The notes under the pieces are model-generated. The model did not search any database and was not told where the DNA came from. It was given only the letters and a program-made list of their open reading frames with translations. A stretch of DNA of 64,000 nt from Paraphysomonas bandaiensis (Eukaryota; Protista; Chrysophyceae): assembly GCA_965644295.1 (NCBI GenBank), contig CBFFRP010000016.1:62001-126000 (forward strand), read 5' to 3'. Each line of letters starts with the position of its first letter. Position 1 is the first letter of the stretch. A program made the translations under genes and the position numbers. Shown here piece by piece: positions 1 to 14,265 of the stretch.

Positions 1-689
1 GCATATGTGCCAGGAGACAATCTGAATGCACTTGGTCATACCGATGTAAAGCAAGCCTCTGCCTGGCGGGAATTAAGAGTAAAGCACCACCTCTTCAGTC
101 GGCCGTCAGTAACACTTCAGATAACCGGTCTATAAAGCCATCCACTCCTCCACCCCCTTTACATTACAAAATGTTATATATGTACTGCTTCATATATATA
201 ATATACAATTACATTGGCACGACCTCGAACTGTCGCCCAATAAATTACATACAGTGAACAGAGAGGTTCCAGTTTCACAGCTTCTTCCTTCATTTCCTAA
301 GAGCCATGACATCGAAAGGTCCTCGTTGCATTATGAGGCTGGCCGCGTTTCCTTGTTGGCTTGATGGAGCTCGACATGTGCTTCACATCAATGTCCCCTG
401 AGGACATACTTCACCATCGATATTGGATATGCTCTTGATTTTCTAGGGACCTCCCTTATAGCATATATACACTATATGGTTTCTAAAATACAGTGATTAG
501 CACTCACAAGATTGTAAGATATATATGCAGAGTATATAATATAGCTTTCACATACCTCACAAGTGATGTACGACAGGAGAGAGTGTGGCCATCACGAAAC
601 AAATAATTCTTCTAATCGAATATTGCACGTATCATCTTAACATTGCGTATTAATATACAGTAATACATTTACATAATATACATACACAA

Positions 690-945
690 TTACCCTCAAC
701 AAAGTCAAACTCACACATTTTCGTGGTGCTCTGGAGGATAAGTACCGGAAATATTTCTTCGGTAAACTAACGTGAGCCGCATATATAGTCAACAAATAAC
801 GTTCTGCCCACTCATAGCCAAATGCTTGTGTGGTGGTACAAGGGACACAAATTAGTGTCACTTGTGTAGACGTCTTTCGGCCTTGTGACGAATAAACAGG
901 CATCCGGGGTATTGGGCTACCTGTTGAAGTCAAGCATATCAACAG
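690..945. repeat. Dispersed repeat family A, copy 1 (truncated by family B)
   Basis: Shares blocks taccctcaacaa, gtgagccgcatatatagtc, cactcatagccaaatgcttgtgtgg, gcatccgggg and tcaagcatatcaaca with copies at 28.7 kb and 39.9 kb. Confidence 0.85.
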
Positions 946-1300
946 TTTCATTGACCCCTCTTCTTTCCCATAACACTCACCAGGAACCCATCGCTATGCA
1001 CTTATAAGCTATACAGATATACTGTATACATACACTGTGTTAAGTAGATATGTATATATGAATTAATTGTTATGCTTGAATATTTGTTTCGATACTCTGC
1101 AAGTCATTAATATGTTGTGTGGTGTGAGTTGGTATCTTAGACAATCACGATGTGTAATCAATGGATACAAGAACAACTAGGTTTAATACCAATATTGACT
1201 AGGTTGAGTCATTTATTACTTTGACTATGTATTTACACCAAAACAAGTGTGACTAGGTAAGTCCACCAATTTGACTAGATTGAATAATATTTCCCATTAT
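942..1300. repeat. Dispersed repeat family B, copy 1
   Basis: Reverse complement matches 43630-43897 (ggggtcaatgaaactgt; ctcacaccacacaacatattaatg; aatgggaaatattattcaa) and 46712-46862. Confidence 0.85.
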
Positions 1301-1397
1301 AAGAGTCTCACTGTAATATATACCTGACTACGTCACTGAAAGGTGAACAAGTTAATAGTTTTGCGTAATTTTTACAAATGTAAGATGCACATGATGT

Positions 1398-4300
1398 TTA
1401 CAGTATATAACCGCCACCACAATCCACCACAAACTGTGCGCGTTGATCGTTTGTAGCAAAGGCTTGTAGGAATGCACGACCACTGTGGTACAAGTCTCTG
1501 TCGTTGGTTTTCGATTGCAAGAGGCACTCCACTATCATTGACACGCCATCCATCTCAGCTGCGGGGAGGATTTAAAAAACAAATATTAGTGACACACAAA
1601 GGTAGTACAAAAGAAAAACGTACCCAGAGCATCTTTTCTCTTTTCTTCGTTATCGACAGATTCACAATGGTCGTCGCGTTCAAGCAGAAGTCTCAGCCCA
1701 CCAACATAAGAACACTTGCCATCGTTATAATTGTGTGTGATTTCCACGCGTATCACTCCACTAGCCTTCTCAAATCCGCTGCTAACAACTGACCTGTCTG
1801 TGGCATTCGCTATAATTTTCTACGTGGATCACGTTACCTTCACTATGATTAGGATAAAACAAAACAACTCACCTGATATGAGTCTGATATTTCTTCACAA
1901 CTAACCACTGAAGTCCATCCTCCCACTCTTTCCATAGGGGCAAATCGCTTTACTTCAAAGAATTGACAACCACCTGAACAAGGATCCGATGTGCCGTCGT
2001 CGAACTTGTATTTTACCACAATACTGTCCGGTGAGGCGCTGCCATAATCCCGCAGCAAAATGGACAGCTCTCTCCACCTGAACGTTGAACACATGAGATA
2101 TACATATATACAAGTGTCACACCAAATGCCAACTTAATAGATCTGGGACAGCAAAATTACTTACTTCTGTTCGGCGTCAACCTTAATATCAATCCAATGC
2201 GGAGAATTCTCACTGGGCTGCCTGTCTTCAGATTGCCAAAACGATGTATATATATCATTTCCGGAAAGTTTGCGGAAATCAACCACACCCGACGACGTCA
2301 TGCAGGTGGGGTAATGGTACGCGCCATCTTTAGATATAGTCGCGGTTAGCATACCGAGAGAGGCCGCGAGAACATTCGGCTGACTGAGAAAGGCGGAGAT
2401 ACACTGCATACACATGGTTTGGATACCTAAATTGTATATGGCTTCTTTGAAATCAACGTGAGTGTCGGACAGTAGGCGGAGTAAAGTAAGACACTGCACA
2501 ACGAGTCGAGCCGATGACTTTGTCTCTATAGAGGTTTTCAAAATCTCAGTCAAAGTAACATGTCCATCTGATTGCACAACCAAATCAGCAACACGTGGCC
2601 CGTCGCCCATTTCTATCATTGATGCCAAGATAGATAACACAGGGATTAATATTAGTCTGTCATGGACTTCTCCATACGACTTGATTAGGTCAATAAGTAC
2701 AAGATGACCATCGCATGATATTATTGACTGCACAAATGAAAGTGCGTTGTAATAACAGGCCCCGTGTCGGTGACTTATACGGTCTCGACCCACTCGTTCT
2801 TCGTGATCCCCATCGTCGTATGTGATGTCAAAAGTCATGCCATCATCTCGTACACGTGATATTCTTCCTGGGAATGCTTGGTTGCCTCTCCGGCGCCACT
2901 GAGCATCGATCACATCGCCCACAGCAAAGTTCTCTGTATCCTGTGATGTGCACAACAACGCAAGAAGGCTGCAAGCAGTCTCCACTATATCTTCAGATGC
3001 GGTATCCATCCCATCCAAGGTGTGGATTTCACCCACCCGCTTGGCATAGAATGCAACACACTTACACAACACCTTCGCAGGGTCATGTGATGCCATACAC
3101 TCGAACTTTGAGGCAATGTCATCATCAGAAATAATGTACTGAAGTGCCTCCAATGATGCCCGTGCCACTTCTATATTTGACGTGTGTTTATCGAGTATGT
3201 TTAGGAGTACAGCACATGTATTACACGCCACAAGTCGCTTTTTGCGCACTGTCTTATGTATATCCGATGACGGCCCAAGCGTAGAAGGAACATGAGTTCC
3301 AACTTTACATATTTCCTCCCCATGACGTAAACTTACCCAGCGCTCCTCCCTACTCCCTCTCTTATCGTACTCTATTAGTAACCTGTCAGCGCCATCCATT
3401 TGGGTTACAACTCCACGAAACCACCTTCGTTTCACTTCTGATCCCTCGTGGTGTAAACAGAGTATCTCAACTGGGTCATCCAAGCGCAAATTATCTCGCC
3501 AGTATCCAGTCTCCGAATGAATGATCTGGAGTCGATCAGACATGCGAGGAATCCACTCATCATATTTAGCCCCCCATCCCATGTAGTGCACGAACACCTC
3601 GCCCTTTTCGTTCACATTGCGGATAACAGACTCATACCACTGGTGACTCTTGTCTTTGGCATCAACTTTGTCTCCTACAACAAGATCATTTCGCCAAGTA
3701 CTCGATGGAGTCTTTTTTTGTTGATACCGTCTTCTACCCCCAATTAATATCTCAATACATCGACAAACAGTACTCGAGTCATTGCTGTGTGACCGCAATA
3801 CCTGTACTACTGTTTCGAAGTCACGGGCTGAGTTAGCAAACTCCAAAATTGCAGATAGAAGTGTTGGCACTGAGTCTGGTGATCTTCGTTCGATTCGCAG
3901 CATCATATCCATAACTAGCTCAAGAATAAATTTCACAGATGCACTGGGCTGCACCTCATTTAGCTGTCTCGCTAAAGTAACGAGAACAGATTCAATATTT
4001 CTGGAAAGCAGTAAGTTGAGAGACTCAGAAAACATTAACAAATATGATATCGCATCTATCGCTAACGCTATGGCTCCCGCAGACTGGCGATACCGCAGAA
4101 CAGGAACGAGTATGTCAAATAACTCCTCCATAGTGGATCTGTCCAGCAAACAACTATTGACCAAGCGAGCAATATCTGTATCGTGAATATTACTGTCCTC
4201 ATTTCGTGGAGCCCGACATGCACTGACTTCATTCACACTTTCGTAATTTAAATCCGATTTATAGCTCATTACACACTCATTTTGTCTTGAAGAATGATCG

Positions 4301-7300
4301 ACCTTTGCATCTTCTTTATAATTCATCTGTGATTTATCTTGCTGAACTTTGAAGTCACACTCCATATCTGATCTGGAACTTCCCTCATATCTGGAGTAGG
4401 CATTCGCCTGGGATGAACTCAGTCCCATCCACAACAATTCGCGTAGGAATCTCAGGGTACATAAGACAGGTAGGCCACAAGGAGAATATGTCCGCAGTGC
4501 ATGGACCATCTGCAAAAATGGAAATACTATATCTTCAACTGGCTTTCGACATATCTCTAATAATATACCACTACTACACAAGACTGACAAAAGTTTCCCG
4601 CAATCAATGACATCTGTCGCATCCAACAGATGGTCATCTCCTTCGCTGCAAATGCTTCTCATAAGAAATGCGATATCGTCAATACGTAGACACAGAGACC
4701 GAGCGGAATCTATGTTGTAACTAGCAAGGGCACATACAGACCGCAAACACCTCCGAAAAAGTTCACTATGCCCACGACGAATAGAATCTCTCCAAAGTTC
4801 CGACACCAAATGGCCATAGTTGTCTGACGTCCAGAGTGTACTCCGTATCCTTTCCGCTGCAGTGAGCGTTTCGTTAACATGCAAGTGGGGAGCGCATTGG
4901 TTGTCAGACTCTTGATTAGATGACTCGGACACCACAATTCCATCATTACTAGACGACTGATCTCTTCCTCGGACTATTTCCAAGTCATATTGACCCTCGG
5001 CCCCCCATCTGTAAGTATTACGACCACCACCATCCCATTCTACACTCACCCAGAGATCACTCCCGGCTCCATCCACAACTGTGCCAAGGTTACCTGCATA
5101 ACCATCTTGGTTGTGCCATTGCCAGTTGCGGCCCCGCCTCACCCTGTCTCCTGTCTTGATTGTCTGTCCGTGTGAAGAAAGAAGCATTTGAGTCGCTACC
5201 GATTGCGAGGTCGGGTGTGTGGCCATTTCTACCACATATATATCAACGAACTGCCAGTTATCACGACGGTAAGTAGCTCCAACGTTCTTCTCCAGATGAA
5301 TCCATATATACCCATTACGTACACCTATTACTGTTCCTACACCTATCTCAGGATAACGATGCGATTTCACAGTTTGGCCATGCAGCAGGCCGAACGGACT
5401 ACATGCTTCATACGACGCATCAAACGTGGCGTCGCTTCCATTAGCCATTTTGTAAAGAAAAACAGATGGTCCTGGTGGGGGAATTTGGGTAGGCACAGAT
5501 GACATCAATGCATTCCCTGGACCATCGCCTCTGAGTCTTGAGTTAAGCAACTCGCTATTGTGTCGAATGTTTCGCCAAGACTCTTCAATCCTGTCTGCAT
5601 TCAGCCCAACGTTCTGAGGGAGATGTAGCATTCGCATTTGTTCCTCCTGTACTAGCGTTCGTATGGCAGCGATAGTGGCTGCCGTAGCTGCCGACAACCC
5701 AGATGACGAGAGAGAGGCCAGATTTCCTCCGGGGTTACCTGATCTCCCCACAGAGGATCCAACTGACGCTAGAGAGAGTGCCATACGACTATACCTCCCC
5801 GCAATTAGATTGGCAACGTCAGACACAGCTAAACGAGAGACTGGGCTTCGCACTGACATCTCCTCCTCGTTTTCGTCTTCTGTACCACTTCCCGTTGTAT
5901 GAGTAGTTTCCTCCTCTGTTGCAATGGATATCGCTCGTTTCAGTGATTTCTGCACAGCTATTGATGACAGACCACATTCAAGCATCTGGGATACTGCAGA
6001 GAGAGCGGAGCAAGGGATAGTGAGTCCAATACAACCTGGATTTCCTGGATGGCCCCACAACCACGGACCATAGCCACTGAAGACGTTGCTATTGCACTGC
6101 ATTTCGTGTCCACTGATTAGGCTCTCCATCGCACGAGTGCTTCCATCTAACAGGGCAAAAAACAACGACTCCTGCCAAGTAGCTGCCTTGTAGTTGGTTT
6201 CATACTTCATGCGTGGACGAAGAGCATCGAGAAAAATAATGGGGCTACTGTCGCGCTCTTCGCTTGTCAAAGGTGAGACGGGTAGACCCATCAGCTTAAT
6301 CCTCGCAATTCTAGCGCTGTAACCAGGTCGAAACGTGCTCAATATTTCCACGCGAATCATAATTTCATTTACCATTTTGATTCCTGACCAGTCAATTTCA
6401 TTTCTGCTAAGCACTACCTGCCACTCGGGCAGACAATCCAGCGTTACTTCTTTCACAGTTACCAAGTCAGAATCAGTCGCACCAACCTTGACACGAATGA
6501 AATTGGGCGAGTGGGAGTCATTTTCCATATGCTGAAGGAAAAGAAGCTCCATCCACGCCGACTCACGCGGGCACATTACATCAATCCAGTGTGGACATAC
6601 ACACCCATCGCTAGCCCAGTATTCCTCCGGATTATCACTCAGTAATCTGGAGGCGTCTCCTGAGGAAACTGCGATCACTGGCGTCAGTTCTTCAGCCCTG
6701 ACTGCGGTGCTAACACAAGAAGATTTTGGCAAACCGAAAGACCGCTCATTCCCGCCACCCCCATTGATCTGTTTGTGCCAAATATGGGCAGAAGATTGAG
6801 TTCGAAAATCAAAGCACACCGAGGTTAGCGATGGCATTGTAAATCGGGTGCCCCCTTGGCACAGTCCTAGTAGAGCAGCCCCTAGTACCGTTGGGAGATA
6901 ATCCTCTTCAAACCGAAACGATATCTCAGGTACCAAACCTATTCTCGACGAGATGCAGTGGGCAATCACACAGTGCCACTTATACGACTCTACAAGTTTC
7001 TGGACCACATCTAAATACTTGTTTTCGTCCATCAAAGTCAAAGTAAGTGCATCAGGAGTTTCTCCCCATTCATCTAACAGCTCCCCTCCGCCAGATGGAT
7101 AATCAAGTATTTTCATGGCAGGTGCTCCACCAGCTCTACGTAGTAACTCACCAATTAATACAGCAATCCTTTCGCTCAGTTCGTGGCGTTGCGCGAGCAC
7201 CTCCACTTGGGACTCATCAATACATATAATACTGTATGCAAGTGCACCGAGTCGATAAACGATGCCGGACGAGAACAGCATCCAGGTGGCTGCCCGGCGG

Positions 7301-10300
7301 CTCATGTGGGCACGATTACTGTGAACAGAACAGTTCAACACACACTTCACAAACTCAATGACATTAAAAGCGGTACGCATATCATGATGTGAAATGTTAG
7401 AAAGAGTTGCAGGAACACACTGCGACAAAACATGCCCCAGGCCGGAATTCAGAAGAACAGAAGGTGGAAACAACGCCCTATCACAGACCACAAGAGACAA
7501 AGCTAATGATGAAAGTTTAAAACGAATCATCGACATATCTGAGTTCATGATTTCGTTCGACGCAAATTTATTTGCAACCGAGAACAGCTGCACGAGGCTC
7601 ACACGAACATCATGCGCTAACGGACACTTTATACACCATGATGATGATACGGCCCCACATGGGGAGGTAGAGTCATGTATACAGTGGCAAGTATCAAACT
7701 CAACTGCGATGCAACGTGAAATGTCGTCATTACAATGGTCATGAATAGAGGAACCATTTCCAAGCGAAGATACTACCTGCTGCGCCTCTGATAACATCCT
7801 CGACAAAATGGAAAACTCCATACTACTTTTGCATACTACAGCGGCAGCATTAACCAGTGTAAAAACTAAGGAGAAGATATCTTCAGAGCTGTACGACTTC
7901 ATGAATTTTTCCCCTCCTAAATACGACACTACCCTAGTATTATCTGCATGTTGCTCAGTCATGAGATTCTCACATTCGTCGTTGGAGTAGCTGACATTAC
8001 TTAGATGACTAAAACATTCATACAACCACTTCCAGTTGACGGTATCTGAAGTATCGCAGGTACTATGCTCCAGATGAAGGGTATCTCCAGGGTGGCTCAA
8101 TGAAAGATACGCACTGATACCAACGTCTTCTGTGAGTAAACCCAAAAAACATTCCGCGACAAAAACCAATGAGTTGTTATGAAAAACGCGTACATTCCCG
8201 CTTCCTTCTTGTACCAAGTGAATTTCTACACAGTCTCCACTCTTCAGTGGAGGGCATGAAGCACTTCGAGAAATTCCAGTAGCACAGGTTAAATCTATAC
8301 TACCTCCAGAGGAGTATACCAAAGAAAAAATTGACATAGCTGATATTATAGTTGAGCTATCACAATAAGTCGACGGAATTTCGTCACTAGAACATAATCC
8401 AATTGAAACTGGGCCGGCAATGGACATCATGCGCATGCAATACGTATGCAATCCCGAATAAGTTGGTGTAGATGTGGCGTACGCGTGGAGTGGAATTCCA
8501 TCGTTAACAGGATGTGTGGTACTGAAAATCACCTGGTTACTACCATGCGAAGTACGCAGATATCGGTCATCAAAGTATTGCCAAATCGTCGGCAACAGCG
8601 TTGTTGTACAGTCATCTGAAGACGGCGTTTCAGGGGCTCTTTCGTCTAGACAAGCTACATGTACAACGGCCGATTTATTAGTACCCGCAATGTCAGCTCC
8701 TAGGACATTTGTATGTTGGTCCTTCTCAAAAGGGGGATACACCAACAGTATTGCCAAATCCTCCTCACTACTGTCACCGGTAGTGTTGTGTTCACTTGAA
8801 TGTGTGTCAATTACAGGAGTAGGCCGTCTACGCCCTGAGCCAGAGGTTAAGTGAGAAGACACACGTGGAGGTGATTCAGATAGATGCCCTGGGGTTGTGC
8901 CCAACATAGGATGCTCCGAAGCTACCGCTGCAATAACAGACGATAGAAACCGCTCTGCGCTGTCGACCTGTGGCTCAATCGCTCGAGTTACAGATCTTGT
9001 CACTGTTTCTGAAGCTGATTGGGAAGAGTCGGTCATGGCATCCCTTTCCTCTCCTTCTGTAGAATTTTTCTCCTCATACCTATCGGCAAGCGATTGTTGG
9101 TCTGAACCATCACCATACAGACGATCTACCAAAGTTCGTACTGCACAATGTTTTCCGCTCTCCCCCGTTTTATTATCATTTTCAGTACCTGGGTCGGGAA
9201 ACAACATCACTGGCGTATTATGTCCGTTCATAGATAAAACTGAGTTAAATCCACCCATATCCACCCGATAATGCTTCGTATCCTCAAGGGACAAGGATAA
9301 GGGCCAATATTCTTCCACCACAGCTCCCTCCCAAGAGTCATTCGTACAACCCTTTGAATGACACAGTGTCTGGACACCAGAACGCAGTATCGTTCCTGTT
9401 CGTACATCCACCTTCATGAATGGTATCGGGGGTAACGATGCTTCAGCATAATACTTTCCGAATGGCAAACAGTTACCTCCCATAGACCAGTCATAAAACT
9501 TTTGAGTGTCTGCATTGCGTACGATCACTATCTGTATTGGACAGCTTACGTCAATGTCATGTGAATTCACGGTAATCGATACAGACAAATCATTTGGAGA
9601 ATCTGGAGCTATGATTCGCGGCCTTTCGTAAGATGGACACGTAGAGTAAGGTCGAGCGAGCAAAGAAACTTTTATAATACTGGGGTAGGGTTGAGGGGGA
9701 GCCTTTGAGCTTCTTCGTATCATCGCAAAGTGCTTATCTACCCGCACCTCAACCCCAGTTTTTTCCAACGAACGAAGCGCCAGTGGCTCCATATTTGGAC
9801 AGATATAGTCACAACATTGGGTTGTAGTGCTTAGCTTCCACCGATATTCTAACATGGACTTCAGTTCTCGCAGTTCCTCTTGACCAAGTTGAGTTTTTAG
9901 AGGAAAATCATTTTCAGTTGCACCTACTGACTTAGCTGGACTACTGCACCCAAACACCATTCCAGCCACAGCCTCACACGTCGCAAATAATATATCACAA
10001 GATATTTCCTGGTATTGTTCACCTCTGATACGCCAGGTTTTCAAGATATCAAGGCAATACGATGAACATTGCTCCAGAAGTATGAACCGCTGAAACTCTG
10101 GAGCCCGCACCGAGAGCTTCGCAAGGAGTACAACGCATTTGAGTACTGTCCTTTTTTCAATATCGCAATTCCCGTCTTCACTTGACAGCCTGACAGAATG
10201 TGGGGCACTTACATACGTCGGTTGCAAATAGTGACGTTTTAGGCAAGAACATATGCCATTAATAACACCAGCAGATATGAGATGCTCAACGTGCCGCAAT

Positions 10301-12014
10301 CGCTCCTCCTCCGTAAAAGATGGATAAGTTATGAGCCGTATGCATAAATCGAATATGACTACCACCACACTGTCCATATCGATTCGCTCACACAGCAACG
10401 CAAAGAGAACGCACAATCGATCTTCATTCCTCTCTGATCGAGCTGTAAAGTGTGAAGTTGGCATTGAAGCACCAAAATCAGGTGGAGCCAAGGTAGTTTG
10501 ACTGTTGTGGTCCTGTCCATCGGGGGCTAGCACAGATACGGCAGAATTCGAACTCATTACGAATCTCTTCAAGTGAGTGTCATCCATGCTTTCTAGAAGA
10601 CGCATCAACAGCTGCAGACCATCTTTATCTACTGTGGCGTTGATTTTGTAGTCAAGAATTTTCATGAGATCGACGTGAATGTCGGCTGTCAACATGGAGC
10701 TCGTGGCAATAGCTGAAGAGCTCGAATCGACTTCGCAACAGAGAGCAGAGAGTACAGATAACAACTCAACAAAAGTAGCCGAATTGACATCCAAGATATT
10801 GAATATCTTGCACAGTGTAGCCACGTGGCCTTCACTTATAATCTTGCCCTTGCTTTCATCATTCTCGTGTATCCAAGAAGAAATTGCAGTGATGACAGCA
10901 TGTACAACTTCTGGAGTCTGGGGAAAGTTTTGCAACCAGCGCATGACACTTCTCAGCTCGCGTATGCCACTCTTCTGTGCTGCCTGTAATAGTGAAAACT
11001 ATAAGTACAATACTAGACCACATCACGCTATGATAACACCACCAATGTCGGTTCAAATTTTATGCCACGTTATACAATTAGCAAACCTGGATATCATCGA
11101 CAGCACGTCTCAGTAAGACATGAGGATAGAGTCGTTCTATAGTGTCTCGGAGTACTACATTAACAGCAAACTCCGTCCATTGTACTGATGCTTTGCATAT
11201 TGGGCACGTCCGGTTTCCTGATCGTACAGACTCCTCGAGAGCAGTGCGCGAAAAATTATGCCCACACTACAGAATCATTAGCACGTACATGCATACCACA
11301 ACGAACGATAATTACCTGAAGTGTTACAGGCTCCACAAGTATCTCGCGAGTGATTGGACACGTGTATGACAACAGTAGATGATCGGAGCTGCCTTTCTCA
11401 GAAGGTGTCACGACAGGTGAGAAATCTGAGAGAAGTCTGTATCTATCTAGTGTTTCCAAGACACATTCCACCTCTGAAATGTACCCCCTTACCAATAACT
11501 CTCTTACCCACTTACATGCCGAGGAAGGTAAGATGTGCACAGCACAAAGAGTCCCCATGAGGGAGAGAATTTCATACACCCGCATCTGGGTGGCATTTGG
11601 GTTGTCAACACAACATTGAAGAAGAGCCCATGTTGATTCAGGGTCCAGTCCGCGCAGCATGTGAGAGGTCACCCTGCTCTCTTCAGAATGTGAAACTTTA
11701 TTCGTTACACTTGATTTATGAGGAGGAGAAGGGAAATGCCTTTCACACTCGAGAAGTCTCTTGACTGCCGCTGCAGGCGATGTACTGCTGTTAATGTAAT
11801 CCATTACCTGCATCTCTGAAAACCCAAGAGCAACAAGTGATTCTTTAATCGAGATATCAGGACTGGTTGACTTGGTTTCACTGAATTCATCGTTATTGCT
11901 ATCGTACTTTTTCTGAGTCATTAAGTATTTAATTGCCTCACGATCTTTCTTTCTCATAGCCTCCTGTATATTGCCATCATAGGGCAGAGGAGTACTTCTA
12001 TTCGCAGTGCTCAT
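1398..12014 (-). CDS. Giant (~3,400 aa) multidomain U-box E3 ubiquitin ligase-like protein: UBA-like, U-box, ARM-like repeats, SPRY, DOC/APC10 x2, MIB/HERC2, Tudor-knot x2, Tudor
   Basis: In-frame GT-AG splicing of exons ~12014-11316, 11266-11087, 10983-2165, ~2077-1873, 1819-1624, ~1558-1398. Motifs: ESLVALGFSE..AVKRLL (UBA); TCPITREILVEPVTLQ|CGHNFSRTALE..TCPICK (U-box); EYWASDG..PHWIDV and FWQSED..PHWIDI (DOC); GDRVRRGRNWQWHNQDG..YRWGAEGQYDL (MIB/HERC2); VFVHYMGWGAKYDEWI (Tudor-knot); FDITYDDGDHE (Tudor). Confidence 0.85.
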
Positions 12015-12647
12015 TTCAGTGATGCTTTAATCCTACTTCAATTAATACACACGTGTAGTTTGTAAATAGTCAGAGATGTGAGTTGTTACGGGGTCACTAT
12101 TGCTTCAGCTCAACGAGAGGGTACACGTCAAACTCCCACATCATTACGCTATAAAAACCGTGTATGTTCCAATAGATAACATCTTACACTCACACTGTGC
12201 AGGTATTAGATCCACTATCGACTATAATGACTTCTAATTGTATGAAGATTCCTGTTGGATTGATCGTATACACAACATCTGCTTCTGTTCGCATACATAT
12301 ACATACATCTCATACGTTATTGACAGTGTGTACATGTATGTATGATGTGGACTGTGCTGTAGTTTACTGTCATTTTCTGTGTGTGTTCGAACTGACATGA
12401 CCAACAGCAGATCGAACTTTCTAGTCAATCGAACAACCTGATAATATTTTCAGTTTCAGTAAGCCGTTTAAGATACTGTGTGTCTCAAAACTATTTTTAT
12501 CTGGAAGTTGTCGTATGTGTAGGTATATAGAGAGAGCTGTAGCATCTAGCTGTACTTGTTTTTTCTGGTTGTTGCGTATAATCAGTCAGTGCCATTACTT
12601 TCACCAGACCCAGTACCATAAATATAGAAACCATACCTGCATCCGCC

Positions 12648-13498
12648 ATGGCATCTCAAGTAGTTAAATTTAAATGGTAACGTTGTGATTTTTTAATCAA
12701 TGCATGTAATGCTATTAATTAGGGAGAAGCTGTTGAACAGATTTTCTGATCCAACAGTTTTGAAGGCCATTAATGCTATTCGCAGTAGAGGAAATGAATT
12801 CAATGTATAGCGTTATAAATATTTTTTCCTTATTAATATATTTTCTATTAGGCTGTTATTGCAAAGGAGAGCAAGCCCTTGCCTCCTCTTGACTTTGCTG
12901 GATACAAGGAGAAGTTGAAATTCACGGGTGAAGGCGTCGATGTCTTGGAGGTACTATTACTTCTGCTATGATGCACCTACTTAATTATCTATTCTAGCCT
13001 ATGCTCAAATCCATTAAGATCCCCCAGTATACTTCGGATGTTCCGGAGTTTGAGGTGAAAAAGAGGGAAGAACTGGTACTGTTAGCTTATAGTTTAGTCC
13101 TGTATTGACTGATGCATTTGTAGCTTAAAGTACTCAGTGATGCAACTGATGCCACCAAGAGTGATCTTCAGGAGCTGTACAAGCAACGCGAGGACTTTGA
13201 GACGAATATCCGCACTAACAAGAACTCCACCCTTGCAGATATTCGCCAGCGCTTCCCTGACATTGCTCGCTCCAACGAGGATGAAATTAACCAGCGCCTG
13301 TGGTTTTACAACAAGGAAGAGACTAGATCACACCTGGAGGAGGCCAGAGAAGACAACGAAGATGCACACTGCAAGAATGACGGCTCTAAGTATGCTGGTG
13401 ATTACGGATACAAGCTCTCAACTGGTAGAATCCCAGCCGTTGTGGGCGAGGACAGCTACGTCGCCAAAAACACTAAGCACTATGTTGGGTTTGAGTAA
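12648..13498 (+). CDS. ATP5PD: Mitochondrial ATP synthase subunit d-like, 5 exons, with C-terminal extension
   Basis: Spliced product MASQVVKFKWEKLLNRF..PLPPLDFAGYKEKLK..VDVLE..KSIKIPQY..TLADIRQRFPDIARSNEDEINQRLW fits the subunit d pattern; not present as a single ORF in the track. Confidence 0.7.
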
Positions 13499-14265
13499 GA
13501 TTGGCGCGGTGGGTGCAAAGTAGGGTGCCTATTCATTGGAAACTCTCTTGTTGCCAATGGTTTGTTTTAATAATAATTGAGAAGTATACCTGTATTTCAA
13601 TGTATCTGATGTGAATTCGACTTACACTTTCCGACATTACTATTGTAACTCAACGGTTTCTACATATGTGAGTTATATATCGGTATTTTACTCTGTATAG
13701 CATCGTGGAGGTGAATGACGCGCCATAAATATATTACAATTTGAAACGATAATATACAGTTTACGTCTGTGCTTAAGCTCATAAACAATAAACATGATTA
13801 CAGCATAAAGTAATAAGAGACACGATACTAGTATCAATCTTTATAGGACAGAGTAGAATGGTAAGGTTGACTGTAATGTTTTGCAACGTGTTATTGAGAA
13901 AATAATATAAAAATAATTAACATCACGAAATACCATTGCGTCTACATTTTACACCAGAATGTCATAGTTGAAGGTTGAAGTATATAGTATATGATGTATA
14001 CATTTTCAATGATTATGTTCGAAATCATTATACTGCAAAGTAACTTAAATAATACGCATATTAGATTATCATATTGGAAGCGCAAATAGTTTTAAATAAA
14101 GTATTACGACTTCAAATTTATATTATCATATAACCTTTAACATTTCGCTAACATTAACCAAAAAATATTGTCTTGGCGATGCTGTCAGAGTTACTCTCAC
14201 AAATAAAAGTAGCCAGGGTTGGTATAATATCGACAATTACTCTTTCTTTGTTTCTCATCACATGT

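Noticed and set aside
1-630. Possible minus-strand gene at the window start
   Set aside because: Stops in all frames of the candidate exon and no recognisable product
1838-1842. Possible 5-nt micro-exon in the E3 gene
   Set aside because: It would introduce a TGA stop; the acceptor at 1820 gives a clean in-frame join
2462-11116. Many plus-strand ORFs overlapping the giant minus-strand gene
   Set aside because: Antisense shadows with no recognisable motifs
13137-13523. 128-aa ORF in the track
   Set aside because: Wrong frame; the real last exon of subunit d is in another frame ending at 13498
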